DNA from: Octopus sinensis
Lineage: Eukaryota
Assembly: GCF_006345805.1 (NCBI RefSeq)
Contig: NC_042998.1
Coordinates: 5,890,001 to 5,954,000, forward strand
Direction of reading: 5' to 3'
Length of the DNA stretch: 64,000 bases
Position numbers and translations under genes: made by a program. Under the pieces are notes generated by a model. That model was not told the origin of the DNA. It saw only the letters and a list, made by a program, of their open reading frames with translations, and ran no database searches. Positions 13,474-25,878 of this stretch are shown here, piece by piece. Every line of letters begins with the position of its first letter. Position 1 is the first letter of the stretch.

Positions 13474-15538
13474 TGATTGATTGATCGATTGATTCTAGTT
13501 TCAGCTTATGAGCTGTGGCCATGCTGGGGCACCGCCATTTGGTGTTGCTACTTGGTTTCACTTCATGGGGGCTTTCTAGCAACTGCTATTTGGTGCATGA
13601 GAGAGTTCGATGCGGCTGCCCTCATCTGCCCCTCCTGCTGTGAAGTTGGTTCATCTGGGACACCTGACAGGAAGAGATCCAGCTTCATTTTAAAGACATC
13701 TGTATCCACCCCATGCAGGTCTCTCAGGTTCTTCGGGAGGATATTGAAGAGCTGTGGGCCTCGGAAGCCCAGGCTATCACAGAATCTTGTCCTACATCTT
13801 GATGGCAGGTTTGGAGTCCTAGGCACCATGCAGTGGCGCCCAGTTCTGGCATTTGCGTAACTCTCGATGCCAAAGTTCAGGACACTTCCCTCCAGGATCT
13901 TCCAGATGTATATTATGGCATATCTTTCCCGCCTACGCTCCAGGGAATATAATTTTAATCTCTTGAGTCTTTCCCAGTAGCTTACATTCTGCATAGAGGC
14001 TATCTTCTTCGTGTAGCTTCGTTGGATCGCCTCAAGTTCTGTGATCAACTTGACACTGGATGGTGACCATAGCTGAGAGCAATAGTCAAAGTGGCTTAGG
14101 ACAAGTGTCTTCCAGAGGACCATCATGGTTTCTTGTTCTCTTGTTCTAAAGGTTCTAAGAATCCATCCAGCCAGCCGTCTACATTTCATTGTCAGTTTAG
14201 CAACATGTACATGAAAGGTCGCGTCATCACTCATGTGAATACCCAGGTCACGCACTGATTGTGCCTCTGGGATTGCAATCCCTCCGGGTCCAGTGTATTC
14301 ATTGGGTATTGCATTCAGTTTTGCATGCTGATAGTATAAAGCTTGAAACTTTCCAGCATTGAACTGCATGCTATTCTTTTCAGCCCACTTGTATATTTCG
14401 TCCAGCTCACATTGCAGGTGTTTAGTGTCCTCAGGGTTCTGTATTGCCTGTGAAACTTTTGTATCATCTGCATAACTTGTGATCGTGGCTCTCTGCGTGG
14501 CTGAGGGCATGTCTGAGAGGGCCATTATGAACAGTAGTGGTCCCAGAACAGTGCCCTGCGGAACACCGCTCACTATTTGTGTGTTAATGGAGGTGGCCCC
14601 ATTGGCTACTACCACCTGACTTCTATCCTTCAGAAAGTCATGAAGCCATTCTCCCAGTTTTCCAACTATGTTGAGATCACGCAGTTTGTGACATATCATT
14701 CCATGATCGACTTTATCAAAGGCCTTTGCAAAGTCGAGATATATCACTTCCACATTTGAGTGGTTGAGCAGCCGTTTCAGCACCAGTCATAGTGTTGTAG
14801 GAGCTGAGTTAAACAGCTTCTCCCTGGTCGGAAACCATGTTGGGTGTCGGGCAGCAAGTCATTCTCTTCAAGGAAGGTGATCAGCTTCCTTCTGACTATT
14901 CGTTCCATGACCTTGCTGATGTGTGAGGTCAGAGAGATAGGTCTATAGTTCTTGGCTTCCGCTCTGCTACCTCCTTTATGAATGGGGCATATTTTACCTT
15001 CCTTCAGTTTTCCTGGAAGTTTGCCAGCTGCAAGGAAGCTCTGAAAGAGGAACTGCAGTGGTCTTGCTAGGACTCTCTTACATGCTTTTAGGAGGATTGC
15101 CGGGAATCCATCGGGGCCAGTAGCTGAGTCTGTTTTCATTTCATCTATAGCCTTGGTTACATCGTCTTCCTTTATATCGATGTAATCTATCGTCGCCGCC
15201 TCTGATTTTATATCAGCAGTGGTAAAAAAGTCAGTTGGATTGGTGATTTGGAGATGCCCAAGGGGTGGAGTGAAAACACTCTTGAATTGCTCATTCAGTA
15301 TTTCACTTACCCTCATTGGTTTTCCTGTAGTGTGCCATCCTTTTCGAGGAGTGGCCCTATTCTACAGTGCACTGTAGCTGTTTCTTTGGCATACCTGTAG
15401 AAAGCTCTGGGGTTAGATTTTATGTTTTCTATAGCCCAGGCTTCTTTGTCTGCTCTTTCTTTTTCATGGGAGAGTTGCAGACATTTTTCGATTTCCAACA
15501 GTTTTATTTTTAGGCGGGACTTTTCACTGCTTTCACTA
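13474..15538 (-). mobile_element. 5'-truncated CR1/L2-group non-LTR retrotransposon (reverse transcriptase ORF2)
   Basis: ORFs 15313-15567, 14777-15316 and 13563-14783 join via two 1-nt deletions. RT motifs NYRPISLTSHISKVMERI, QHGFRPGRSC, YLDFAKAFDKVDH, GVPQGTVLGPLLF, YADDTK. Short 3'UTR with (AATC)n tail; flanked by (TA)n. Confidence 0.95.
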
Positions 15539-15659
15539 CATATATATATATACATATGTATATACATACATACCTACCTACATATATATATATATATATA
15601 TCAGGTTGTGCTATTAAGTTAGACATGGCCTGGACCAATCTTTGGTCAAAACATATCTA

Positions 15660-15709
<50 letters not shown>

Positions 15710-15800
15710 TACATATATAAATATATATATATCATCATCATCCTTTAGTGTCTGCTTTATGATGATGATATATATATATATATATATTTATATATGTATG

Positions 15801-15842
<42 letters not shown>

Positions 15843-15898
15843 TTATATATGTATGTATATATATAATATATATATATATATTATACATACATATATAA

Positions 15899-15933
<35 letters not shown>

Positions 15934-16939
15934 ACACATATGTGTGTTTATGTGACAGTTTTGCTAACCTTTATCTGAAGGGGAGAAAAATGATAAAGGC
16001 TTCATATATAACATAGAATGTAGTCCTGCTGAAACATCTGAGACTGCAACTATTTTGAGATGCATGCATATTTGGTATTGAATCAAAAATGCAAAATTGG
16101 AAAAGCTAAATGCATTCAAGTCATACCCAATAAAGAACTGGAATCATAAAACCAAATGACAGCTCACTACAAAGGCAAACTTAACATTCTTTGATGCGAT
16201 CTCCACAATAAAATATTATTCTTGTGTTTTTATTTTCATTGATAATTATGAAATGTTTTATAACAAATTGTAGAAATCAAAAAAAAAAAAATTAATAATA
16301 AACATTTTCAATAATTCCAGTTCATCAATTATTTACACTTCATCAAGCAATTTAATCCTTCACCTGTCCTGTGTCTCACATGTGACACAAAGGATATATT
16401 TCCCTGGGGTCCATCCATCATAATGATACACATTCCCAATTTGATTGCAACCACCAGAGTAGTATAAAGCAATTGTTTCTTCTGCAGATTGAGGTAGGAT
16501 TTGCACATCGACCCCATAAAACCCTCACCAGCAATGACCACCCAAACAGACCTATGGGTTGGAATGTTGGTACCTGAGTGGTTCAAAGATGTCATTTGCC
16601 AAGAGTAGGGAATTACCAACAAAGGGTGGATGCTGTGAGACATTGTTACAGTGCATATCCCCTTACCACTGCTGTCGCCATGACCAGAATGACCAGGGGA
16701 CTTTCAAAGAAGAGCTTTATATTACTTAGAATGTATGAAACAAAGGTTAACTAAAAATCAGAAAACAAGCAGGAATGTTTAAGACAAACTTATGAAAATT
16801 CTTTAAGCATGCAAGAGGGTAAAAATAATTGGCATCAGAACTTTTGAAATATACAATTATTTCAGTTGGAAATGAAGTCAGCTGTACCAGATTCAATGTT
16901 GAAGAGCCAGGTGTTAAATACTAATATAAAATAATTTTA

Positions 16940-17430
16940 TTCTATGAGTGCAAGTGTAATTTCAATAAAGAACAAAATAAGAATTTTTAACTCTAACATA
17001 AAAGCGGTGTTATTGTATGGGGCTGAGACATGGCGAACAACAGTTGATGCTTGCGTAGAATACTTAAAATTAGATGGCCCCAACACATAAGCAATATGGA
17101 GCTATGGCAAAGAACAAATCAAGTTTCGATTAGGGAGCAAATATTTAAGAAAAAGTGGAAGTGGATTGGTAGCACAATTAGAAAAGACACACCAAATGTA
17201 GTGAAAAGTGCTTTACAGTGGAAACCGGTTGGATATAGAAAGAGGGGTAGGCTTAAGAACTTGTGGCAGAGATCAACACAAAAGGAACTAGAGAAAGGGG
17301 GACATTCATGGCAGAGTATAAGTACAGAAGCCAAAAATTATGCGACATGGAATTCAACTACAAGTGGCCGATACTCTGCGTTGGAGGGTTAAGGGCATAA
17401 AGAAGAAAGAAAGAAGGAAGAAGATACAGA
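16940..17430 (+). mobile_element. RTE-clade LINE 3' fragment
   Basis: RIFNSNIKAVLLYGAETWRTT, then ORF 17051-17392 (RRILKIRWPQHISNMELWQRT...KWKWIG...RKRGR) and a GAA-rich tail. Confidence 0.85.
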
Positions 17431-18643
17431 AATTCTTTACAGGTGTTGAAAACAAACAAAACAATAAGAGTAAAATAAGTTTCATGCAAAGTTATCTCAT
17501 AAAGTATAGCTGAAATTACAATCTCTTTCAACTTGATATAAAAAAAACTATTTGTTAACTGCCCAAATTCATAATAAATATTCCAGCTGTTAACCATGCG
17601 CTCTCTGATTTAGTCATTTAGCTGAGAGTTTTGTACACAAAGAGATGAAGTATGCTTGAATAAAATGAAATTATTTACAATGATGTATGATGCTGTTCAT
17701 AACAACAATTTGTTGATGAGTTATTTACATGAGATCAGTTCTGATTAGACAAAGCTATGGCACATATGTAGTCAGCTAAATTGTTAGATCTGATGTGCAC
17801 ACTGATAGCTCTACACATAACATATATTCCATCTACTTGAGGATGTTGCACCTTCTGATGCAAATTGATTCATGGTCTGATGTGCAGTGTGACACAATCA
17901 AAATTCTGCAACGAAATCTCCCCCACACTTCTCTCAGTGACCTTAAGGAATGGATGAATATATGGGATATTATTGAGTGTGTAGTTGTGTTGCTAGCGAC
18001 ATTATTTGAACAGATGTGTGGTCTCTTGCATAGCGGTGGGTGAAATTTTTAAAGGTAGTCAGTGAGGTGGCAGAACAGAATTCCGATGAATTTAAAACTA
18101 TTGCACCTTGATCCACAGCAATATCTACTGGTTTGTAGGTACGACTAAATGGAAGTATCTTATTTCTTTATTGCCCACAAGGGGCTAAACATAGAGGGGA
18201 CAAACAAGGACAGACAAAGGGATTAAGTTGATTACATCGACCCCAGTGCATAACTGGTACTTAATTTATCGACCCCACAACGATGAAAGGCAAAGTCGAC
18301 CTCGGCGGAATTTGAACTCAGAACATAAAGACAAACGAAATACCGCTAAGCAGTTCACCCGGCGTGCTAACGTTTCAGCTGGCTTGCTGTAAAACTTGCC
18401 AAGTGATGCTTTTGACCAAACATCTATTTAGGCTGGGAATGGGGACAAACACTGTTGTGCTAATGATGCTGTTAGCCAAGGAACAACTTTGATATAAATT
18501 TACCAGAGGCCTCATAGGAACTGAGTCTATGATGCTATTGGTGTTGGAAGGAAATTTTCTGTCTCCAGCTTTTAAAAATATTTTTGATAAAACAACCAGA
18601 CAGCTGATCTCCAATAAGATTGGCTTTCATGTTAGTAGACAGT

Positions 18644-18856
18644 TTAACTCTTTTGTGCTTAAGCCGGCCATATCCGGCCCAAATATCCTACATGTTTTTA
18701 CATTCAAACTGGCCATATCTAGCCCCTCACACCTAACCTACATTGACATTCTAAGAATAAACTATCACACCATTGAAACTTCAAAGCTGTAAGATAATGC
18801 ATGATTAATTCAAAACAATTTGAGTGAAAAAAGTATTACATTTAACAGAAGGGTTA
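18644..18856. mobile_element. piggyBac-type MITE (TTAA-bounded)
   Basis: TTAACTCTTT...AAGGGTTAA; same family at 23225-23736 (split by SINE-B), 46075-46290, 55790-55963 and 56076-56285. Confidence 0.7.
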
Positions 18857-20094
18857 AAGATTTTAACTTTAATCCAAAATGACAACAGTTTGAAGCAAGC
18901 ATAGATTTTACCAGGAGATAAATTACTAAACAAATTCCACAACGTTTTTGGGCAAAGCATGCATAGATCTCTTGAGTGAAACTGAATATTCTTTCCAGAA
19001 ATTCATTTAGCATCGCTTGGAAACTTGCTTGGTTTTTGAAATCTTGGCAATGTAGCAAAGAGGTGCATCATTTATGCCCAAGTCCAAGAGGAGTATAAAA
19101 TCAGCAAGTGCAATACCACTCTTCCAGCCAAGGAAGGCATGTAATGCTAATGCCTGAAGAAACACCTACAGCCGTTGCGTTTTATGATGACAGAATTTGA
19201 TAAACAACAGACAGATCAGAAATGTCTGTTCAGTTCTACCATGAACATGAAGGAAGCCATTTCTAGTCCCTTGCTGCTGAACCCTATCAAAAAAAGGTGC
19301 CTAAAGGCCAATAATCAATTTGGGTTTAATGTCACTGACTAATGCTATTTCTGTATCAACATTATATGATGATTCTTTCTGAATTTTTGACACCAGACAA
19401 TTGACTTCAGATAATTGGGTGGAGGAAAGCCATAGCCGTATATTTGAAGTTCTTATAGGCGTAGGAGTGGCTGTGTGGTAAGTAGTTTGCTTACCAACCT
19501 CATGGTTCTGGGTTCAATTCCTCTGCGTGGCATCTTGGGCAAGTGTCTTTTACTATAGCCTTGGGTCGACCAAAGCCTTGTGAATGGATTTGGTGGACAG
19601 AAACTGGAAGAAGCCTGTCGTATATATGTATATATGTATGTGTGTGTATATGTTTGTGTGTCTGTGTTTGTCCCCCAACATCGCTTGAGAACCGATGCTG
19701 ATGTGTTTACATCCCTGTAACTTAGCGGTTTGGCTAAAGAGACCGATAGAATAATAAGTACTAAGCTTACAAAGAATAAGTACTGGGGTCGATTTGCTCG
19801 ACTAAAGGTGGTGCTCCAGCATGGCTGCAGTCAAATGATTGAAACAAGTAAAAGAATAAAAGTTACTTATATCCTTGAACTTGTGAGGGCTGCAATGTAG
19901 ATGCTTGGAATTTTCAGCAAGGCCATTGTGACCCTTGAGCCAAAGCTGAAACAGTGAATAGTTCACAATATTCAAGCAGCATACTGAAAAGAATCAATGC
20001 TGCACATCATTTGGTCCTCATTATTCAGTGGTGGGAAGTATAAAAATGTCTCTCTGCAGGTGGAAACTTTACCATTGTCTATATGAAGATATTT

Positions 20095-20321
20095 AACCCT
20101 TTCGTTACTGTATCTATTTTGAGATGTTCTGTGTTTCTTTCAGTTACTTTAAATATAACAAAGAATTTAGTAAAATAATTTAGTTATCATTCAGCTAGTG
20201 TTAGGAACATAAATTGTGACTAAGGTTTGATAGAAGATTTTAATTCAAAAGTTATGAAAACAAGACATTTGTACAACAGAACCAAGGGCAGTTTCAGCAG
20301 GATTGGTAACAGAAGGGTTAA
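20095..20321. mobile_element. Second piggyBac-type MITE family
   Basis: TTAACCCTTTCGTTAC...GTAACAGAAGGGTTAA inverted ends with TTAA. Confidence 0.7.
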
Positions 20322-20386
20322 ATGAACTTTGGTTTTACACTTCAAAGTGAAGTCAAAGAAAGATGCATTCATGTTGACAGACATAC

Positions 20387-20602
20387 ACAGTATACTCTCT
20401 TCCAATAGTACCATCAAACTTAGATTGCTCTCCAAGAGGGACATCTTGCTTTCTTTATCTTCATTGTTTTGTTGTTCCACGTATTTTAGGAAGGGGCCTA
20501 ATGGAATAGCATTGTTTTTTGCAAAGAAACCATACTGGCACAGCTTGAATAAGGCTGTAATTGTTATGTACCTTAAACTTTGTGCTAACTCTGAAGCAGT
20601 TG
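20387..20602 (-). CDS. Candidate exon f (TASELAQSLRYITITALFKLCQYGFFAKNNAIPLGPFLKYVEQQNNEDKESKMSLLESNLSLMVLLEESIL)
   Basis: 216 nt open, GTATGT donor, weak aag acceptor needed to stay in frame; overlaps track ORF 20220-20480. Confidence 0.5.
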
Positions 20603-20943
20603 CTTGTGAAAAGGCAACTCATTGGCCATTTTCCCAAGTAGGCAGCAAGTTGTTGAATGCATGGGTAGTATTTTCATGAATGTTAACCACAAAGAACATC
20701 ATCATCGCTTAACGTCCGTTTTCCATGCTAGCATGGGTTGGACGATTCGACTGGGGTCTGGGAAGCCAGGAGGCTGCACCAAGCTCCAGTCTGATCTGGC
20801 AGTGTTTCTACAGCTGGATGCCCTTCCTAACGCCAACCACTCCACGAGTGTAGTGGGTGCTTTTTACATGCCAGGCAAGGCTAGCATCGGCCACTTTCGG
20901 ATGGTGCTTTTTTTTTTTTTATCCTACATTAGTTATATATATA

Positions 20944-20989
<46 letters not shown>

Positions 20990-21164
20990 GATACATACAC
21001 ATCATCATCATCATCATCATAGCTACATGCATATATATGTTTGCATTTATGTGTGTGTGTATTAGTATTTATATATACATGTGCGTGTGTGAGTATGCCT
21101 ATACAGACAAGTGTATGTGTGTGTGTGAATGTATGCATGTGTATATGTGCACTCTGTAATATAC

Positions 21165-21229
21165 ATTCTGAATTCAGGTTTTGAGTTTCAAAAGGGAATA
21201 GAAAAGTGGAGAATAAAAACAAAATCTGC
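21165..21229 (-). CDS. Candidate exon e (QILFLFSTFLFPFETQNLNSE)
   Basis: ttcttttgcag acceptor, GTATAT donor; only one frame is open, phase 2 to 1. Confidence 0.4.
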
Positions 21230-21800
21230 CTGCAAAAGAAAGCTAGTTGCCTCATTCATTTACAGATAGGAAAAATTTATGGACTTCTTTTTGCAATGAG
21301 AACACACTTACTGCAAAAATATTAAAGCTTTACATTGAATAAAATGGATTTTCATACAAAGGAGATGATTGGAGATTGTTTATTGATTCTTGAAAGCAAA
21401 GCACGAAACTCTATTATCATTCAATTGACTATCTATACCTATAGGACATTTTTGTACAGCTGACTGAAACATGAAATCATAGAATTCCTGCTAAAAAAGA
21501 TCAATGACCACCAGTACAATTGTGTGATTTGTACTGATTTAAGGGAATAACACATACAGTTCAAGGTGATGAACAAAGTGTTTCATAGATTTATTTCATG
21601 CTTAAGGTTTTTGCCTGATATTTTACTTTTTGTTTTTAATGTTCTGTAAATCCATGAAAAATTTCTTTTAGTTCCCATTGCGTATAAAGTTAGGGTGTAT
21701 GAGCAGTTTTCAAAAGAGATCTTTCTAAATATGAAGGAGCATTCAAATATCTTTAACGTAATGATCCAGTTGTAACAGAAGCAAAATTTAAAGCTGTTAC

Positions 21801-22002
21801 TCTTTTTTTCTTCTTTTTTTCTGTTGGATCAATTTTGGGGAATAATATACCAGAAGATTAGTTAAAAGTTTGGCAAGCTTCTTGGAAACTTGTTTGAAAT
21901 TTTCTTGTAAAAGTAAACGCAACAGATTCAAAGCAGATAGTTTGAGAAGTGTTAGCAACTTGCTTCTAAGACGAATACAAAGACTTTTTTCTTCTTTTGT
22001 AG
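21801..22002 (-). CDS. Candidate exon d (TKEEKSLCIRLRSKLLTLLKLSALNLLRLLLQENFKQVSKKLAKLLTNLL...)
   Basis: 202 nt open, amphipathic Leu-rich helix pattern, phase 1 to 2 with cag acceptor and GTAACA donor; an alternative donor lies near 21850. Confidence 0.5.
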
Positions 22003-22546
22003 CTGTATCCTAACTAAAATATGCATAATCGAATGTGGCACCAAGCCATTGACTGGTTTGAATTAATGTTTTTCCTTCTACTGCTATACATCCTCTTAGT
22101 TCATTAAACCATTTCTTATTCTTCAAATCCTCCCTTTTACCTCATCTTTTTCCTTCACCTCACTCTTGACATTGCCTGCTTCCCCTCCATGTTCATTCCT
22201 CTTTCCTTCTTGCATCTCACACTGTTTCATACATATTAATACAAACATGTACGCATTATTTCTTTCATACCGAAATTAATACTACTTGAGAAAGGTTGTA
22301 GAAACGACCGTAGCCTTATGGAAGTCATATGGTTAAATAAATATATACTCAACTCTCATACTATTTGTATGTACACATAATTTGTACATATACACATAAA
22401 GTCAAACACACTCATATATACATTCTAACATACATGCATATACAAATCTTACACAAATCTCCCACCACTATTGGTCTCGTATGAAGCTCATGTGGTCCTG
22501 TGATCCTTATCAGTTGCAGCCAATTTTATTTTAACAGGAGGTAAAC

Positions 22547-22718
22547 CTTTATAGACTTTTGTTAATTTCTTCCCTTTCAACTTTTCTCTGAAGAAGGACT
22601 CTGTCTGAAACATTGGATTTTCCACTTCCCACATAGGTGTGTGTTCAGAAATAAAGAAAAATCCATGTTTCAACTCCATGACTAAAAATTTGAACATTAC
22701 TTCAGAATTCACAATCTG
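22547..22718 (-). CDS. Candidate exon c (QIVNSEVMFKFLVMELKHGFFFISEHTPMWEVENPMFQTESFFREKLKGKKLTKVYK)
   Basis: attctttag acceptor, AAG|GTTTAC donor, 172 nt open, phase 0 to 1. Confidence 0.5.
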
Positions 22719-22894
22719 CTAAAGAATATGATTTTAATTTGAGAAACAAAAATGAAAAAGATATCCTGAGCACTAGTAGTGCTAAATGTGCATATTCAAT
22801 CATATTGTTTAAAAAATTATTTAAAATTATTCATTTCAAGAAAATATATCATCCAAATAATACAATTCAAAATAATATAAATCAGCATAAATAC

Positions 22895-23072
22895 CCACAA
22901 AAGACAACTGAACTGATTGATAGTACTACTAAAAGAAAACTGGCTCCTCTTTGATAATAAAAAACAGTGAGTTTTATTCAAAGCCCCAAACTCCTCAAAC
23001 ACTTGTGAAAGGCTGAAGCTTGGTTCCGTGCACAGAAAATCTACAGTAAGTTCAACCCCACTTGTGAGGCAA
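22895..23072 (-). CDS. Candidate exon b (CLTSGVELTVDFLCTEPSF...NQFSCLLW)
   Basis: ctcctacag acceptor, GTATTT donor, 178 nt open, phase 2 to 0. Confidence 0.45.
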
Positions 23073-23297
23073 CTGTAGGAGAATATATTTTTAACACCCC
23101 TACTCCCCACCACACACACATATATCATAATACAGATGTATCCAAATCCCCCAGTAAATGTGCAGAGGGCTTGTTATGCAATTTTGGCTCTGCATTTCAA
23201 TTCCACTTCCTTCCTGAAATTGTATTAACCTTTTAGCATTCAGATTATTCTGTCAATAGTAGTAGCGATGGTGGTGGTAGTGATGAGATGTGGGCAG

Positions 23298-23530
23298 AAG
23301 GCGGCGAGCTGGCAGAAACGTTAGCAAACCGGGCGAAATGCTTAGCGGTATTTCTTCTGTCTTTACGTTCTGAGTTCAAATTCCACTGAGGTCGACTTTG
23401 CCTTTCATCCTTTCGGGATCGATTAAATAAGTACTAGTTATGTGCTGGGGTCGATATAATCGACTTCATATCTATGTCTGTCCTTGCTTGTCCTCTCTGT
23501 GTGTCGCCCCTTGTGGGCAATAAAGAAATA
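23298..23530 (+). mobile_element. SINE family B, representative copy
   Basis: GGCGGCGAGCTGGCAGAAACG head, GAGTTCAAATTCC B-box, GCCTTTCATCCTTTCGGGGTCGAT body, TAAAGAAATA end. Other copies: 9091-9473 and 40345-40800 (dimers), 18172-18385(-), 34068-34262(-), 42141-42371(-), partials at 40880-41400, 46940-47040, 63580-63720. Confidence 0.9.
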
Positions 23531-24271
23531 AGATTATTCTGTCAAACGTAAGGGTTATTTATTCATGTTGCTTTGAATCAATCATGAATTATGTTGTAGG
23601 TTCAAGATTATGATGATGGGTTTGTTTCTTTTGAGAATAACGTAGCAGTTTAGGTGTGAGAGGCCAGATCTGGCTGGTCTGAATAAATGTAGAATATTTG
23701 GGTTGGATATGGCTGGTTTAAATGCTAAAGAGTTAAGGATGTAGAGACAACAAGGGAAAAAGTACACAGAATGCAAGAATTAGGTGGGGTGTATACTGTA
23801 GCTTTAGTATTTGAGAGTATAGTGTAGAGAAGTTGTTTAAGCATCTCTTAGAATATTATTTTTCTAATAAACTTATGCTTATCCGCCAGTTAATACATTT
23901 TTCAGTAAACCCAACAAATTCAAAAGCAAGTATTAGGAGTGGGTCCTCTTGTATTTATCAACAAATTATAGAAAGGAATGGATGTAAAAAATACTTTACA
24001 CAGAAATATGAGGTTTGATTTGTTACTTTCAAAGACAGAAATACATACACTGAAATGGACACTTTGCCAAAGTAACTTATATTTATGCCACTTGTTTTAT
24101 CCTCTGAAGCTAGAAATTAGCTGAAGATTCCCCTATTGTGAGAGATAAGTAGCCACAATGGATGAATATACAATAAGAAAAATATGTTTTTACATAGAAT
24201 GTATCCAACCTGATTTGCTGATAACATCTGGTACGAGGGACAGCATATATTGCAAAAACAAAGACTTTCAC

Positions 24272-24321
24272 CATATCAGTTTCCTTAGAGGTACTAATGC
24301 TGCAGGGAACTGAATGATGAC
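24272..24321 (-). CDS. Candidate exon a of an unidentified Leu-rich protein (VIIQFPAALVPLRKLI)
   Basis: ctttag acceptor, GTGAAA donor, phase 0 to 2; joins exon b in frame. Other frames and donors are possible. Confidence 0.3.
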
Positions 24322-24621
24322 CTAAAGTTCATTATAACAAAGCAAAACAGAGAAAACAAAAAAACGACAACCCTCATCACTAAAGAAGCCCCACCCCACC
24401 CTCCACCAAACAAGGGCTTTCATACTGGTAAATATGAAATCATGGTGGTAATGCATGGCTCTGGATATATATACTTAGTGACAACAAAATAAACAAAGAA
24501 AACAAACCCCCAAAAAAACTTGCAAAACATACAGGAAGATTAACTGCTAAGCTTGACGTACAATGTACGATATCTGTCATACACAAAGAAATTCTTGCTC
24601 ACACTGTGTACAATATATATA

Positions 24622-24661
<40 letters not shown>

Positions 24662-24945
24662 AATGTATATATATATATACATATATATATATATAATATA
24701 TGTATATATATTATATATATATATATATATATATGTATAATGTATATATATATATATATATACATATATATATACATATATATATATACAATATATATAT
24801 ACATACATATATATACATATATATATACATATATATACATATATATATATATATATACAAATATATATACATACATATATATACATATATACAAATATAT
24901 ATATACATGCATACATATACATATATACAAATATATATATACATG

Positions 24946-25002
<57 letters not shown>

Positions 25003-25843
25003 AGTACATATGTGTGTGTGTGTGAGTGTGTAAGTTTTGCCTGAGAGAAACAACCATATACTATCTATTCTTCATTAATAAAAGCATTAGGCTGATGAAA
25101 AGGTAAAAAAAAAAAAAATAAAAAAAGAGTTCTTGGATATCAGAGGTATTAAAAAGTATTTGCTGAGAAAGACACACATGTAATGGTCAGGAGCCTGTTA
25201 ATAAGACCCTACAGAGAAATGAATGCGAGACACATCAGCGTGACTAAAAGGGATACAACCAAAAATTGGTTTTCAAAAGGAATGGCGTTATCAGTGCTGC
25301 AGGCATATGTTCATTTCTGGATTAAACTAATGGATTTAATAGCAGATAATTTTTGAGAACCAGCATATAGAAAAGATGACAATACAAGTGGAAAAAAAGG
25401 GACAGAAATGCAGAATCAAAGAATTATGTTTTTCGTACATAACATACAGGTGTGTAAAATATTTACAATATAATGTGTGATTGTGTGTGTGTGCATATGA
25501 GATTGTAATTCATGCACGTCCACAAATTAGCATGCATGTTGCTCAATTTTAGGAGGACATTCGCCATGACTCTAGCTGTATTTTCGTCAACTTATTTCTA
25601 CAGGAGGCACCAGCGAATAGCAGTAAAAATAAATTTTCAACCAAAACTTTTAACAATTTTCAAGTCGGAGAAACCACCATTATTTGCAAACAGGAGTTAA
25701 GTCTCCTTCTAGTGACGAGTAAGTTTTTGTTAAAACCTTTTGTTGTTTTCTTGATATACGGGTAACACACATGGACATGTATGCGTACAAAAAACATGTA
25801 TGCAATAGGTGTACGTACATATGTGTGTGTATGTGTGTGTTAC

Positions 25844-25878
<35 letters not shown>

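Noticed and set aside
13477-13860. 127-aa + strand ORF
   Set aside because: Antisense of the LINE RT C-terminus.
19040-19155. In-frame TGA after a Cys-rich stretch (possible selenocysteine)
   Set aside because: A second stop follows within about 10 codons, no SECIS was recognised, and exon status is unsupported.
20329-20679. 116-aa + strand ORF
   Set aside because: It is probably the antisense shadow of candidate exon f; Ser/Leu/Phe bias mirrors Glu/Lys codons on the minus strand.
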